From a virus (taxonomy: Duplodnaviria; Caudoviricetes), in the IMG/VR virus record IMGVR_UViG_3300004481_001142, positions 2,574 through 66,573 of that record: a DNA stretch of 64,000 bases, one strand, 5' to 3'. Within the stretch, counting starts at the first letter, position 1. Each line of letters opens with the position of its first letter. The notes below the pieces were generated by a model, which saw only the letters and a list, made by a program, of their open reading frames with translations, was not told the origin of the DNA and made no database searches. The translations under genes and the position numbers were made by a program. Of the stretch, positions 19,767 through 29,964 are shown piece after piece.

Positions 19767-21956
19767 TTATTTTGTCTCCGTTGAATTAGAAACAGTAGGA
19801 CCAGGAACAGTGTAAAAAAACTTAGGATCAACCTGGTCAGGAGTTACTTCTGCTGTTGAAGGTTTTACAGACATTGCCAATGATGATTTTGATTTCTGTA
19901 AATGCGTTTCAACATCTTGTATTTGATCTAATGTTAACGGTTGTTGATATCTTAACGTCGGCTGCTCACCGCCAGCTGTTGTTAATTTCATTGACGATGC
20001 TATCTCAGAGCCTTTATTATTTCTATTAGATTTTGAAACAATTTTAAGATCTTCTGTTAATAGTAAATCTTTTCCAAAAGGATAACCATTGCCAAGTAAT
20101 TCAAAACCGTCATCATCTGACACTTGTTGATATATTCTCGGATCATAAGACGTTTTCTTCTCATTCTGCATGTATCTAAATGTTCCTTGATATTTCAATA
20201 TGTTGTCTAACGATTCCGATCGATAATCTGGTCTTTTAACAGTAAATGACAGTATTGATTCAGGATCACATAATTCAGGCATGCTATTGTAAGGATTGTC
20301 TAAGTCATGCGTTGTGTCTTGCCCAGGTATTGATGTCTGTACTGACGGCGAACCATCAGTTTGTACTAATAAATTCTTTAACAGTTCTCCAAATTTATCT
20401 TTTTTAAGAGCTCTTCTTGCTGTTAATGTCAAACTAGTCTCAAACGACCCACCAAAAGTAAACGAATGATCGATGCCTGTCACATAATAAAATTCATCAC
20501 GACTTGGAACAAAAATAGGATAACCCAATTTTATTTCAGGACGACCTTGAATCGTCATCGATGCATTATAAACTAAACTATTTCGTCTAGCTAACTCTCT
20601 TTGAGCATAAAGAAATGCTTGATCTGCAGTGCGTAAAAAATTAGTTTCAACAACTTCTGTCCGCAAACCATATTTTTGCAATTTGTCAAAATCAATAGCA
20701 AATCCATAAATTGGATTAATTTCAGTAAAAATATTACCACTAACAGGCTGGCCTGTAACGTCAATTCTAGTAAGTACTACACTCTCGTCTTCAATAACGT
20801 TAAAATTTATGATGTCAATATCCTCAATGATATACACACGATTTTGCCGCGTATCCATATTATAAAATTGTGGTTTTAATATGATACATCCATCTACATC
20901 TTGATAAAATTCAAAATGCATTTGATTTTTGGCTTCTATTGCTACATCAAGCCGATTTTGAAAGTTTGAAGCGAATATCGGCGGCGCTTCAGTCTGCCAT
21001 GGCCCTGCACCTTTTGCAAAAACTGTTGCAGGATCGACTAACGGTACTACTGTATTATCTTTAACTGTAGATCCATAAATATAAATATAAGCATTTGGAT
21101 CAAGCTCAACATCATATGTTTTTAACAATTCATCTGTGGGAACAGATTTCATTTTTGAAAATCCATAAATGAACAATGCAGACGCTAATGCTGAAAATTT
21201 TTGTTGCCAAGTTTTCATTAACAAGTCATTATAAGTTTTAAAATCTTTAGGATCTGTAATTATATCTAGTTTGCCCTGCACAAATACGTCTGCCCTACCA
21301 GTAGTTATATTTATAGGTTCAAAAAAGTTCACACTAGTTGATAATGTCACCAAATCTTTAATTATTCCCGGTGTGCTAAGTCCAACATAAAGCGATGAAT
21401 ATATATGTATGTTCGACTGCGCATACGTTGATTGACAAGAGGGATCATAAGGAGCAGACGCATTATATACTGATGGTTGAATATTTATTTTTGTTATAGC
21501 CAACCACCGCATCATGTCTTGACATGTTATTGTAACAGTCACTAGATCACCGGCAGGCACACTCTCAGATAAATTGCTAATAACACCCCAAAATACAGGA
21601 TAATATTGAGGTTGATCTTCACCTTCAAGTACAAATCTGCCTTTCATATAAATTTCAATCTCTAACATTGTACACAGCGTGCTTCTTATACTTCCATATA
21701 TACCGTCCATCATATGTTTTGGTGCTTTAACAATAATTGTTGCATCACCTGGCACTTTTTCAATTCCCTTTGACACTGTAATACTACTAACATAATTCAT
21801 AAAATCAATATCAAATTCTGTAAATTTATTATTTTCAAATTTTTGAAGAGTAATTGTTCTCTTCATAGCCCCTTTATTATCTAAAAACACAACAGCATCA
21901 GGTGCCACTGTGTCAACAGACGGTTGCTGATACCAATTGCCCTTTGCAGTCATCAT
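19767..21956 (-). CDS. Baseplate hub protein (T4 gp27-like)
   Basis: VSSITVSKGIEKVPGDATI, FEFYQDVDGCIILKP, ASMTIQGRPEIKLGYPI...YYVTGIDHSF motifs; located between tube-like proteins and spike. Confidence 0.8.
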   Translation of the reverse strand: MMTAKGNWYQQPSVDTVAPDAVVFLDNKGAMKRTITLQKFENNKFTEFDIDFMNYVSSITVSKGIEKVPGDATIIVKAPKHMMDGIYGSIRSTLCTMLEIEIYMKGRFVLEGEDQPQYYPVFWGVISNLSESVPAGDLVTVTITCQDMMRWLAITKINIQPSVYNASAPYDPSCQSTYAQSNIHIYSSLYVGLSTPGIIKDLVTLSTSVNFFEPINITTGRADVFVQGKLDIITDPKDFKTYNDLLMKTWQQKFSALASALFIYGFSKMKSVPTDELLKTYDVELDPNAYIYIYGSTVKDNTVVPLVDPATVFAKGAGPWQTEAPPIFASNFQNRLDVAIEAKNQMHFEFYQDVDGCIILKPQFYNMDTRQNRVYIIEDIDIINFNVIEDESVVLTRIDVTGQPVSGNIFTEINPIYGFAIDFDKLQKYGLRTEVVETNFLRTADQAFLYAQRELARRNSLVYNASMTIQGRPEIKLGYPIFVPSRDEFYYVTGIDHSFTFGGSFETSLTLTARRALKKDKFGELLKNLLVQTDGSPSVQTSIPGQDTTHDLDNPYNSMPELCDPESILSFTVKRPDYRSESLDNILKYQGTFRYMQNEKKTSYDPRIYQQVSDDDGFELLGNGYPFGKDLLLTEDLKIVSKSNRNNKGSEIASSMKLTTAGGEQPTLRYQQPLTLDQIQDVETHLQKSKSSLAMSVKPSTAEVTPDQVDPKFFYTVPGPTVSNSTETK

Positions 21957-22504
21957 GGGTTTCTCACATCTATTGTTCTACTAACAACAAATTGAAAATT
22001 AAACGATAAATTAAACGGCTTTTGATCATTTTCACTTACAGAAAATGAATCAAATGACCCTCGATAAATAAAATCATCATAAGCAATTATTACTCTTCCA
22101 ACAGTCTTTATCAAACCCGTGCCTCCAGTAACTAGCGGCGCATCTTGTCTAACAGTAAGATTGTAATTCCTTCCATTATTACGATATACTTCAATTAAAC
22201 TTTTTAAATTTCTATATCCTAAAGAAGATATTCGACCAGTTGTTGTTAGTCCGTTTTGACTATAAAACATAGCTGACGTGCCTGAACAATTCATCATATC
22301 TAAGTCATCAAAATCAAAATTATGCATATACGCGCCTGAATTGCGCGAGCTAGGTCTGTTCCTACTCTCAGTTACTTTTTTAGTAAATGTCTTGTTAAAA
22401 TCGTTAGGATTTATTGCCAGCATTAGCACAGGTGGTGGATCCGTTATATCTAATTCAAAATACATCGGTTTAACAGGTGTTTTACATCCTAGAATGTTTA
22501 TCAT
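21953..22504 (-). CDS. Tube-like baseplate/tube initiator protein (gp48/gp54-like)
   Basis: LAINPNDF...YRGSFDSFSVSENDQKPFNLSFNFQF; paralog of the upstream gene; ATGA overlaps. Confidence 0.65.
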   Translation of the reverse strand: MINILGCKTPVKPMYFELDITDPPPVLMLAINPNDFNKTFTKKVTESRNRPSSRNSGAYMHNFDFDDLDMMNCSGTSAMFYSQNGLTTTGRISSLGYRNLKSLIEVYRNNGRNYNLTVRQDAPLVTGGTGLIKTVGRVIIAYDDFIYRGSFDSFSVSENDQKPFNLSFNFQFVVSRTIDVRNP

Positions 22505-23247
22505 GGTATATCTGTCCCTGTCGGAATGTTAACTATATCAAGAGTCACTCTGTCATTCCTTTGAACATCAAGTGCAGGAACAACAGTCACAGATTTAAAT
22601 GATTTCATGCGACCCGGAAATACTTCTCGTAATACTTTAAATGAAAAATCATAAGCTAAATCAAATTGTTTATCTGATACTTCATTTATTGCAAAACTTT
22701 CAAAGTAACCATTATAAATTGACGAATCATAATTCATTACTACAGAACCCTGAGCCATTATTTTACCTGTTTGTTCATCATATAATGTCCCGTTATTACG
22801 ATAAATAGCAATTAATCTTTCAAACTGCTGAAAATTATCTGTAGTCCTTCGATCTTTATTTGTCAATCCAACAGCACCAAAGAATCCGCCTGTTCTACCC
22901 GACGCTGAAAGTGTATCTAATTGTTCTCCCCAATGCTCTTCAATAAATCCGCCTAGCGTGCGCTTACGATTTATTAATTGCGTATATGTAGAATTTAAAT
23001 TTTGCGGATTAATTTTCATAACAAAATCTGGTATCTTAAATCTATCTGGCAAGCCATTAATTTGCCAAATAATACTTTTTCTATTTCTAACAGTGCCCTG
23101 AGACACTTTTGATGACCACGGCCAATCTGTACCTGTTACTTTATTGGCTGAAAATATTTGTTCACTATACGTGCGAACTCGTTTATCAGCATCAGTTAAC
23201 TTGTCTATTGTATTTTGAAGGCCTAAAATAGTATCATCAATTGCCAT
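22501..23247 (-). CDS. Tube-like baseplate/tube initiator protein (gp48/gp54-like)
   Basis: MKINPQNL...GGFIEEHWGEQLDTLSASG...YNGYFESFAINEVSDKQFDLAYDFSF; follows tape measure. Confidence 0.65.
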   Translation of the reverse strand: MAIDDTILGLQNTIDKLTDADKRVRTYSEQIFSANKVTGTDWPWSSKVSQGTVRNRKSIIWQINGLPDRFKIPDFVMKINPQNLNSTYTQLINRKRTLGGFIEEHWGEQLDTLSASGRTGGFFGAVGLTNKDRRTTDNFQQFERLIAIYRNNGTLYDEQTGKIMAQGSVVMNYDSSIYNGYFESFAINEVSDKQFDLAYDFSFKVLREVFPGRMKSFKSVTVVPALDVQRNDRVTLDIVNIPTGTDIP

Positions 23248-23254
23248 ATAACTC

Positions 23255-26200
23255 CTAACCTGTTATTCCAGAACCTGTTTGATCATATAATACTTTGTAA
23301 ACTATTTGTTCAATTTCTTGTCTATCACGTTGATTAATATTAATCGTCACATTATTATTCATTTTTGTTCTACCGGCTGCAGTCGCTGTCGACATTCTTG
23401 TAGATAATCTATCCATAGCACTTACAAGACTTTTAGCACTATAAGCAAACGCATCACTAATTTGATTAGTTTGCATTTTATCTAAAACGCCTGATGTATT
23501 TGTGCGAATTGCATCAAAATTAGACATGGGTCTGTCTAACTGATTAGCCTTAATTGCAGTCATTAATCGTTGTAAGTTTGACGGCCCTGCTTTCTGTGTA
23601 GACTCACTATCAAATACAAATTCTCTACCATGCACAACACCTGCAGTTTGTGCTAATGGAAGATTGCCTGTATAACCACCCTTTTGATAATTCTCTGCAA
23701 CTGATTCTGGTTTCTCTAAAACATCCTTTACTATTTTAGCAACAGCTTGCCAATCAGCTGTCGGGAATGGCGCACGATATGTTGCTTGTCCTGGACTTTC
23801 TGGATCAGATATCGACTGATGCTTAAGATAATCTACAAATTTCATATCCTCGCCTTTACCTATTCTAGCAGCGAGGTCTGGTCGCGAATAAAACCGTATC
23901 ATTTCATTAGCTAATGCTTTCGTATCATCATTTGCAAAACCTGCTTCATTAAATGCGTTTTGCAAATTCATTAGTTTAACTTGACCTCTAGGAGCATTGG
24001 CCATTTCTGCTTGTCTCTCAGTAGTAGTCTTCACACCAAATAGAGTACCGGCAGCTTTCTCTAAAAGACCTCTGCCAACGCCAACTTGCGGACCTTTTTC
24101 AAGATACTCTTGCCCACCTTTTAACATTTGAATTTGAACATTTCGTCGAGCAACATTGCCACCTAATGTCTGATACTGTTTTTCTTCTTTAGCCGTTCTT
24201 TTCTTTTTTGCTAACTCTTGTAATGCTGCATTATCTGCCGCTTGATCTTGTTCCAATTTTTGTATATCTTTACGTAAGCCCGCAGCTGCTGCTGCTTTTT
24301 CAGCATCACCTTTGAACATCCATTTCCAAGCAGCTGCTATAAATGGACCAAGTGTGCTTTCAAGAAACTCATAAATTTCATTAATTATTACAGCAATTTT
24401 TTGCCCTAAAATATCCGATATTGACTTTGTTCCTTGTGCAATAATATTCGCTTGTTGTGTCGCTTGTGATTTACGTTGTTTTTCTTGAGCCATAGTCAAT
24501 TTGCTTGCTAATTCAGCAGGCAAATTAGCCACACTCTTACCTGCCTTAGCCATTTCTTCTATTGCTCTAATATCCTCTTCAGTAAAACCTACACTTTGCG
24601 CTAATTCAATTATTTTTTGTCTATTTTTATCTAAAGCTTGTGCTAAATCTCCAGCCTTAGCGATGTCAAGACCTTTAAAAAACGGAGACGCTGCTTTTGC
24701 TAACGCCTTCATACGCACTTCAACTTGTTTTCCAGGATCTAGCGCTTCAAAATACCTCACGCCTGCTTCTAGTGAATCAGGATATTCTGTAGATAAAACT
24801 TTATTTAGACTCTCTAATCTCTTTTTCTGATCATCAGTAAGTTTAACATTTTTAGCTAAAACATCTCGTTCAGCAGTCAATGCGTCTTTCGCTCCACCAA
24901 GCTGAGTAATTACAACTTTTTGTTGTGCTGTTAACGTCTTATTTGAATTTATTAATGATTCTGCTATACTTAACGCTTGTTTTTGCCCTATACGTGTGCC
25001 TTTCATAAAATTAACTAACTTGCCAACTGCTCCTGAGACATCTTCTAATCGCGTACCATAAATTGCTAGTCCTTGAGCAGCATTCATCACCGATGAGAAA
25101 AATCTTGACGTCATAACAGATGCATCAACTGCATCTTTTTTCATCGTCGTGAGTAAACCAAAAACTGCATTGTCTGCTGCTTTAAATTCAGTCCTCAATT
25201 CACCTGCTTGACCTGCAACTTGATCAAATGATTCCCCTAATACAAAAGTTGCTCGTTGCGCATCTGCCATTAAACCAAGAAAACTTTTTCTAGTGGCTGC
25301 TGTTCTAAGATCTAGATCCAAGCCTGCTGCCGCCAGAGCCTCAGCACCCTTTTGTGCTTCATCGTATGTCATGCCGACTGCATCATACAAACCGTATAAA
25401 CCATCTCGAAATGCATTAACTTTACCTAGTGTTACTTCTTGGTCTGTGCCCATTGCTTTAAACGTTGCAGAACCCACTGCGCCGAGTTTATAAATATTCT
25501 TTCTAGCTTCAACAACTTGTTTATTTGTCTTTATCATAAGCATTATAAAAGTCGCAAGTCCAGCTAAAGCAAGTAAAGGACCAGCCAAACCTTTCATAAC
25601 AGCCATAAGTTCACCGCCAACAGCTGCCGGTGCCCCTGCAACTGCGCCTGCTGCCCCGCCTGCCCCTCCCTTTTTACCTTTTTTACCAAATCCGGCATCA
25701 GATATAGCTTGTCTTTTTTGTTCACGAGCTATCTTCATTCTCTCAAAAAAACCAACACCTTGCTGTTTTAAAAAAGTTTTATTTAATTGAATTTCTCTTA
25801 ATTTGCGTGCTAATTCGTCTTTCCGAATTTTCTTTGTTTTGCCTAACAATTCAAACGATTTCTTCTCAAATGCCGATTGCTTTTTCGAAAAAGGTAATAA
25901 TTTTTTAGCTTGGTCAAGAGCAGCCCTGTGACTCATCTCCGGATTTTGCTTCATTAATGTTTGAGCAATAGCTTCTTGAGTTGCGAGCCTGTCATCCTGA
26001 ATCTTTAACATTTCACGTTCAGCATTTTTTTGTGAAGCAGTAATTGACGCAATTTCGCTTGATTTAGTTTTTTCATCAGCTTTTAATTTGCTGCGTTCTT
26101 CCAATATTCTAGTTTCTTCAGTTGCAAATTTATTGCTTTTGTTGTTTAAATCAACTAATTGTTGACTAATTTTATCTCTAGCCTTTTCCTGTTTTTCTTG

Positions 26201-26518
26201 CTTTCCTGTTATTCCCTCTCTTTTCATCTCTAATTTATTTATTTTTGCTAAATGTGCTTGAGCATCATTATAATTTTTTGTCCGTCTTTCATCAAGCGAT
26301 GCAACTTTTTGTTCAATTGCTGATCTTTCTTGTACTAATTTCTTTTTTTGCGTCTCCAAATTCACAATTTTCTTCTGTGTTTCAGTCCATTTAGGATCAG
26401 CTTCAATCGACCGAAATTGACTTGCCAAGTCTTGTTTTATTTTTTTGACTTGTTCGGGATTGATATCATTAAGCTCAACGTCTAATGATATACTATTTTG
26501 CGACTTTGTCCGTGCCAT
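23255..26518 (-). CDS. Tail tape measure protein
   Basis: 1087 aa; long Lys/Glu coiled coil, hydrophobic Gly/Ala segment (GPLLALAGLATFIMLMI), C-terminal GGYTG...AGVVHGREFV motif; canonical position after chaperones. Confidence 0.88.
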   Translation of the reverse strand: MARTKSQNSISLDVELNDINPEQVKKIKQDLASQFRSIEADPKWTETQKKIVNLETQKKKLVQERSAIEQKVASLDERRTKNYNDAQAHLAKINKLEMKREGITGKQEKQEKARDKISQQLVDLNNKSNKFATEETRILEERSKLKADEKTKSSEIASITASQKNAEREMLKIQDDRLATQEAIAQTLMKQNPEMSHRAALDQAKKLLPFSKKQSAFEKKSFELLGKTKKIRKDELARKLREIQLNKTFLKQQGVGFFERMKIAREQKRQAISDAGFGKKGKKGGAGGAAGAVAGAPAAVGGELMAVMKGLAGPLLALAGLATFIMLMIKTNKQVVEARKNIYKLGAVGSATFKAMGTDQEVTLGKVNAFRDGLYGLYDAVGMTYDEAQKGAEALAAAGLDLDLRTAATRKSFLGLMADAQRATFVLGESFDQVAGQAGELRTEFKAADNAVFGLLTTMKKDAVDASVMTSRFFSSVMNAAQGLAIYGTRLEDVSGAVGKLVNFMKGTRIGQKQALSIAESLINSNKTLTAQQKVVITQLGGAKDALTAERDVLAKNVKLTDDQKKRLESLNKVLSTEYPDSLEAGVRYFEALDPGKQVEVRMKALAKAASPFFKGLDIAKAGDLAQALDKNRQKIIELAQSVGFTEEDIRAIEEMAKAGKSVANLPAELASKLTMAQEKQRKSQATQQANIIAQGTKSISDILGQKIAVIINEIYEFLESTLGPFIAAAWKWMFKGDAEKAAAAAGLRKDIQKLEQDQAADNAALQELAKKKRTAKEEKQYQTLGGNVARRNVQIQMLKGGQEYLEKGPQVGVGRGLLEKAAGTLFGVKTTTERQAEMANAPRGQVKLMNLQNAFNEAGFANDDTKALANEMIRFYSRPDLAARIGKGEDMKFVDYLKHQSISDPESPGQATYRAPFPTADWQAVAKIVKDVLEKPESVAENYQKGGYTGNLPLAQTAGVVHGREFVFDSESTQKAGPSNLQRLMTAIKANQLDRPMSNFDAIRTNTSGVLDKMQTNQISDAFAYSAKSLVSAMDRLSTRMSTATAAGRTKMNNNVTININQRDRQEIEQIVYKVLYDQTGSGITG

Positions 26519-26927
26519 TTTCTAGCTTTTCCTCCGGTTTTGTTTCAAGCGTACTAGTTATAACTGACTCTTTATCTTCTATACTATTAGCAATAGTCAT
26601 ATCTAATTGACAATATTCACTAAACAATACATCAATCATTTCGTTGCCAAATGCCAATATTATTTCGCGTTTTTGATCAATAAATTTCTTTGGATCAAAT
26701 CGTTTACCATCAACAGCAACAATTGACCGCGATAACGTTTCTACTTTTAATGAACTTGACGCAGCATCCGCGTCTTCAAATTTATTACTAGCTTCAAACA
26801 CTTGCATCGTCTCACCTGCAGTCAATGGTGCTAAAATGATTTTCAAACTACCAAAAGTAATCTCTTTTTCATGATAACCGTACGTCTCTAATGATTTTAG
26901 AAGTTCTAATGCTTCATCATTTGACAT
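26493..26927 (-). CDS. Tail assembly chaperone-like protein (paralog 3)
   Basis: Start reassigned to MSNDE at 26927 (AAGGAG 6 nt upstream); I.L.PL...E...KVETLSRSIVAVDG shared with neighbours. Confidence 0.6.
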   Translation of the reverse strand: MSNDEALELLKSLETYGYHEKEITFGSLKIILAPLTAGETMQVFEASNKFEDADAASSSLKVETLSRSIVAVDGKRFDPKKFIDQKREIILAFGNEMIDVLFSEYCQLDMTIANSIEDKESVITSTLETKPEEKLENGTDKVAK

Positions 26928-27396
26928 TTGCATCTCCTTTTGTTTCATTTTCTGTTTTATTTGCATCGGATTCAATCTTTTGTTTTTCCAAAACTTCTTT
27001 TGCACCTATAACATTAGTCTCAGCTGTTAACTTGATCTTATCAAAAAATTCATCAACAACTCCAACTAATTTTGCATATGCTATATACAAATCATCAACA
27101 AGATTTTGACTCCATGATTCAATAATTGACCGCTTATCTACGTCATTAACATTGTCTAAAGACAATCCATTAATTTGTGTTATAGCACTAATTAATGTTT
27201 CAATCTTGTGCTTATAAAGAAATGCCTGACCCCACAAATTCATACAATTAACAAAAGTATCTGTCTCAGATTTTGTACCTAACGTTCGTAATGTTATTAC
27301 AATACCGTCTTCAACTGGAACATCTACAGTTCTACGACGCAACTCTGACACCGCTTTCATTGCAGTTACTGGATCATCAAATTTTTTAACAGCCAT
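26917..27396 (-). CDS. Tail assembly chaperone-like protein (paralog 2)
   Basis: ITLRTLGTKSE...KIETLISAITQING...IIESW...VDDLY; AAGGAG RBS. Confidence 0.6.
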   Translation of the reverse strand: MAVKKFDDPVTAMKAVSELRRRTVDVPVEDGIVITLRTLGTKSETDTFVNCMNLWGQAFLYKHKIETLISAITQINGLSLDNVNDVDKRSIIESWSQNLVDDLYIAYAKLVGVVDEFFDKIKLTAETNVIGAKEVLEKQKIESDANKTENETKGDANVK

Positions 27397-27428
27397 ATAA
27401 TACTCCTTCTATATAAATTTGTTTAATA

Positions 27429-28808
27429 TTATGATTGTAAATACATTTCATCTGAATCGTTTTTATTTTCTTTTTGAATGTCAGATATCATTTCACTTTG
27501 TTGTTCTTCAAATCTATTTTTTCCTGTCAATACTTTTTCTCTTCTATTAAGCATCGCATCAACTCCTGATGCGCTTCCAGTTGCAGCATTTTTAGAAATT
27601 TCATTTAGTTTCGCAACAATATCTGATTTTTCATTTTCTTCTTTAACATATATGTCTATCCACCTCATAGTTTCGTCATCACTCTCATTTGCGATCTCAT
27701 GAAGTATTTTATCACGATTTTTCAACATAATAAATGATGTTATAGCAACGATTTCTGAATAATCGACGCCATTTAAATAATATGAATTTGTTTTTACTTC
27801 TTCTTTAATCATTGCATCAATCTGTTCATCATCACCTAACGTCGTCATTTGATGAAAACCAACATCAAGATTTGTCTTAGGTAAATCTATAACGATAACA
27901 TTAGATTTTCTCTTTTCATGTAATGTTTTTGCTCGTCGTGCATTTTCTTTCTGTATCCTAAGTTGCTTCGCAAACTCATATTCTTCATACTCTCTAATGA
28001 TTCGATCATGTTCATCTTCTTGAAATGCTTTTACTAATGACTTACTAAACCGATCTCTATATTCTGTCATTGATTCACCATTCTTGCGTCCAAATGAATC
28101 AAATAACTCATCAGCAGTATTTTTGATCATAATCTTTTCCTTTGATTGACTTTGAATCTCTTTAATCTCAGTTCTTTGTTCTTTTAACATCTGCTCTTCT
28201 TGCTGTAACTGCTTTCTACCCTGAATTTGTCGCATGGCTTTCGGATTAATGAATGAACAAATACTATCTGTCATGTACTCAATCTGTGACCATGCTTGCT
28301 TGTTCTTCGACAACGTATCATCTTGCTGATTTAAATAAACCCATGCCTGTTGTATGTAAGATAATCCTCTATTTTCAAATTCTTGATTACCAGTTATTAT
28401 CGCGCTATTAAGACTTGTTTTAGTAGCTCTTATTATAGACCACCGCAATTTCGATTCATCTGTCTTAATAAACTCATCTATCTGCTTTGTTGCTTCACGG
28501 GCTCGACTTGTTAATGAAAGATATGAACTAAAGAGTTTGATAATAAGCTGCTTTGGCCAGTCTTTAACAATTTCTTTACTATTATCAGTTATTTTGCAAC
28601 CATTAATAGAATATATTGACCGTTGTAATGTCTCTACAGCAGCTAGCAGATTATATGTATCAGGCAGGTTTTCATACGTCTCGACGACAAAGTTCTCTTC
28701 TGCGAGACTTAAAGTTCGAATCACTATCACCATATCTTCAAACTTTACTGTCTCTTTAAGATATCCGTCAAATATTAAGGCTTTGATATCTTGGAATTTA
28801 GTATCCAT
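27429..28808 (-). CDS. Tail assembly chaperone-like protein with long acidic C-terminal extension (paralog 1)
   Basis: VIRTLSLAEE...VETLQRSIYSING...IVKDW...IIKLF N-terminal domain; lies between tube and tape measure. Confidence 0.55.
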   Translation of the reverse strand: MDTKFQDIKALIFDGYLKETVKFEDMVIVIRTLSLAEENFVVETYENLPDTYNLLAAVETLQRSIYSINGCKITDNSKEIVKDWPKQLIIKLFSSYLSLTSRAREATKQIDEFIKTDESKLRWSIIRATKTSLNSAIITGNQEFENRGLSYIQQAWVYLNQQDDTLSKNKQAWSQIEYMTDSICSFINPKAMRQIQGRKQLQQEEQMLKEQRTEIKEIQSQSKEKIMIKNTADELFDSFGRKNGESMTEYRDRFSKSLVKAFQEDEHDRIIREYEEYEFAKQLRIQKENARRAKTLHEKRKSNVIVIDLPKTNLDVGFHQMTTLGDDEQIDAMIKEEVKTNSYYLNGVDYSEIVAITSFIMLKNRDKILHEIANESDDETMRWIDIYVKEENEKSDIVAKLNEISKNAATGSASGVDAMLNRREKVLTGKNRFEEQQSEMISDIQKENKNDSDEMYLQS

Positions 28809-28889
28809 ATATGCATATCCATTTCGTTAATCTCTAAAAATCTACAGTCCTACGGAAATAAAAGAAAAGTGACGTGAAATTTTAATAGA

Positions 28890-28932
28890 GGAGAAGAAAG
28901 GCGCTCTCCCGATGTCGGTCAATGAGCGCCTT
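28890..28932 (-). terminator. Putative intrinsic terminator after the tail tube gene
   Basis: 9-bp GC-rich stem AAGGCGCTC / GAGCGCCTT (28898-28932) with inner CCGA/TCGG pairing, followed on the minus strand by a pyrimidine run TCTTCT; U-tract imperfect. Confidence 0.6.
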
Positions 28933-28957
28933 GAGGATATTTGGAGTATGCGGTTTC

Positions 28958-29596
28958 TTAAGCAAGAGAAATAAGCTTACTGATAGTTGTACGGTCTCTA
29001 TCAACAAGCGCTTCATCATATGCACCACGACCAGCAGCAGGATCATATACATCAGTAATATTAAGTGTGCAATCCTGCATAACTGTTGATGCGCCGATTT
29101 CAAATGTAATATTGTAATCCTGCATCCAACAACCTTCATAATATGTTTGGATGATATTACCATTTGATACACCGGCAGTCTTATTTATACCTTGCTGATA
29201 AGTCAAATTTGCCTGAACAAAATCAGGAACTATAATTTGTTCTTTAATGTCAAACGGCCATCTGTGATGTTTTAATGATCGTATAATTCCAGAAGCACCA
29301 GCATTGTAACCAAGAACCTGCATTATATTGACTAGATACATGACAGCGATGCTTAGTGTACCAGTCAGATCTGTTACACCTACTGACTGTTCAGCGATTC
29401 TGTCACCATGACCAATGCCTCTTACAAATTCTGTCGGTCTTGACTGCGCCGGTGCCCACGATTGTAGAAGACCAATTTGATAGGCAGTCGGATCAGCACC
29501 ACCGGGATGCGCCGAAAATACTTTTACTTTCTGGCTGTTAAGTAAACTAGTATTTGGTGTCGTCCCTTTTTGATAGATGTAACTGTTAGAAGCCAT
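28958..29596 (-). CDS. Tail tube protein
   Basis: IGLLQSWAPAQSRPTEFVRGIG...YYEGCWMQDYNITF; follows sheath; GGAGG RBS; followed by terminator. Confidence 0.85.
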   Translation of the reverse strand: MASNSYIYQKGTTPNTSLLNSQKVKVFSAHPGGADPTAYQIGLLQSWAPAQSRPTEFVRGIGHGDRIAEQSVGVTDLTGTLSIAVMYLVNIMQVLGYNAGASGIIRSLKHHRWPFDIKEQIIVPDFVQANLTYQQGINKTAGVSNGNIIQTYYEGCWMQDYNITFEIGASTVMQDCTLNITDVYDPAAGRGAYDEALVDRDRTTISKLISLA

Positions 29597-29961
29597 TATT
29601 TACCTCCATTGTTCTTTTTGATATCGTCAATTATCTGTTCTTCATTATTAAATGTAGTTATCAAATTATCCACAAACACCTTTTCAGCATCATCTGCTGT
29701 CGTATCTGACTCAAACCTTGATACTGGTCCCGTCGTTACTTTTGGATCAACACCTCGTGGTTGACCGTGTCTCTCTCCTAAGTCGCGCGGGGCATTGAAT
29801 CTATCTACATTTTCATCTGTATATAAATAATTGTTGTCTAAACGAATCGGCTTTTCTTCAAACCTGTCTGATAAAGCAGGGACATCCGAAGACCAAAAAG
29901 TATCTTCGTCTACAAGATGTCCCTGATCTTTATATCGTTCATTATTAAAAGCTCGTTTCAT
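29596..29961 (-). CDS. Hypothetical acidic protein between sheath and tube
   Basis: 121 aa, tiles between sheath stop and tube start (TAATG overlap). Confidence 0.7.
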   Translation of the reverse strand: MKRAFNNERYKDQGHLVDEDTFWSSDVPALSDRFEEKPIRLDNNYLYTDENVDRFNAPRDLGERHGQPRGVDPKVTTGPVSRFESDTTADDAEKVFVDNLITTFNNEEQIIDDIKKNNGGK

Positions 29962-29964
29962 TTA

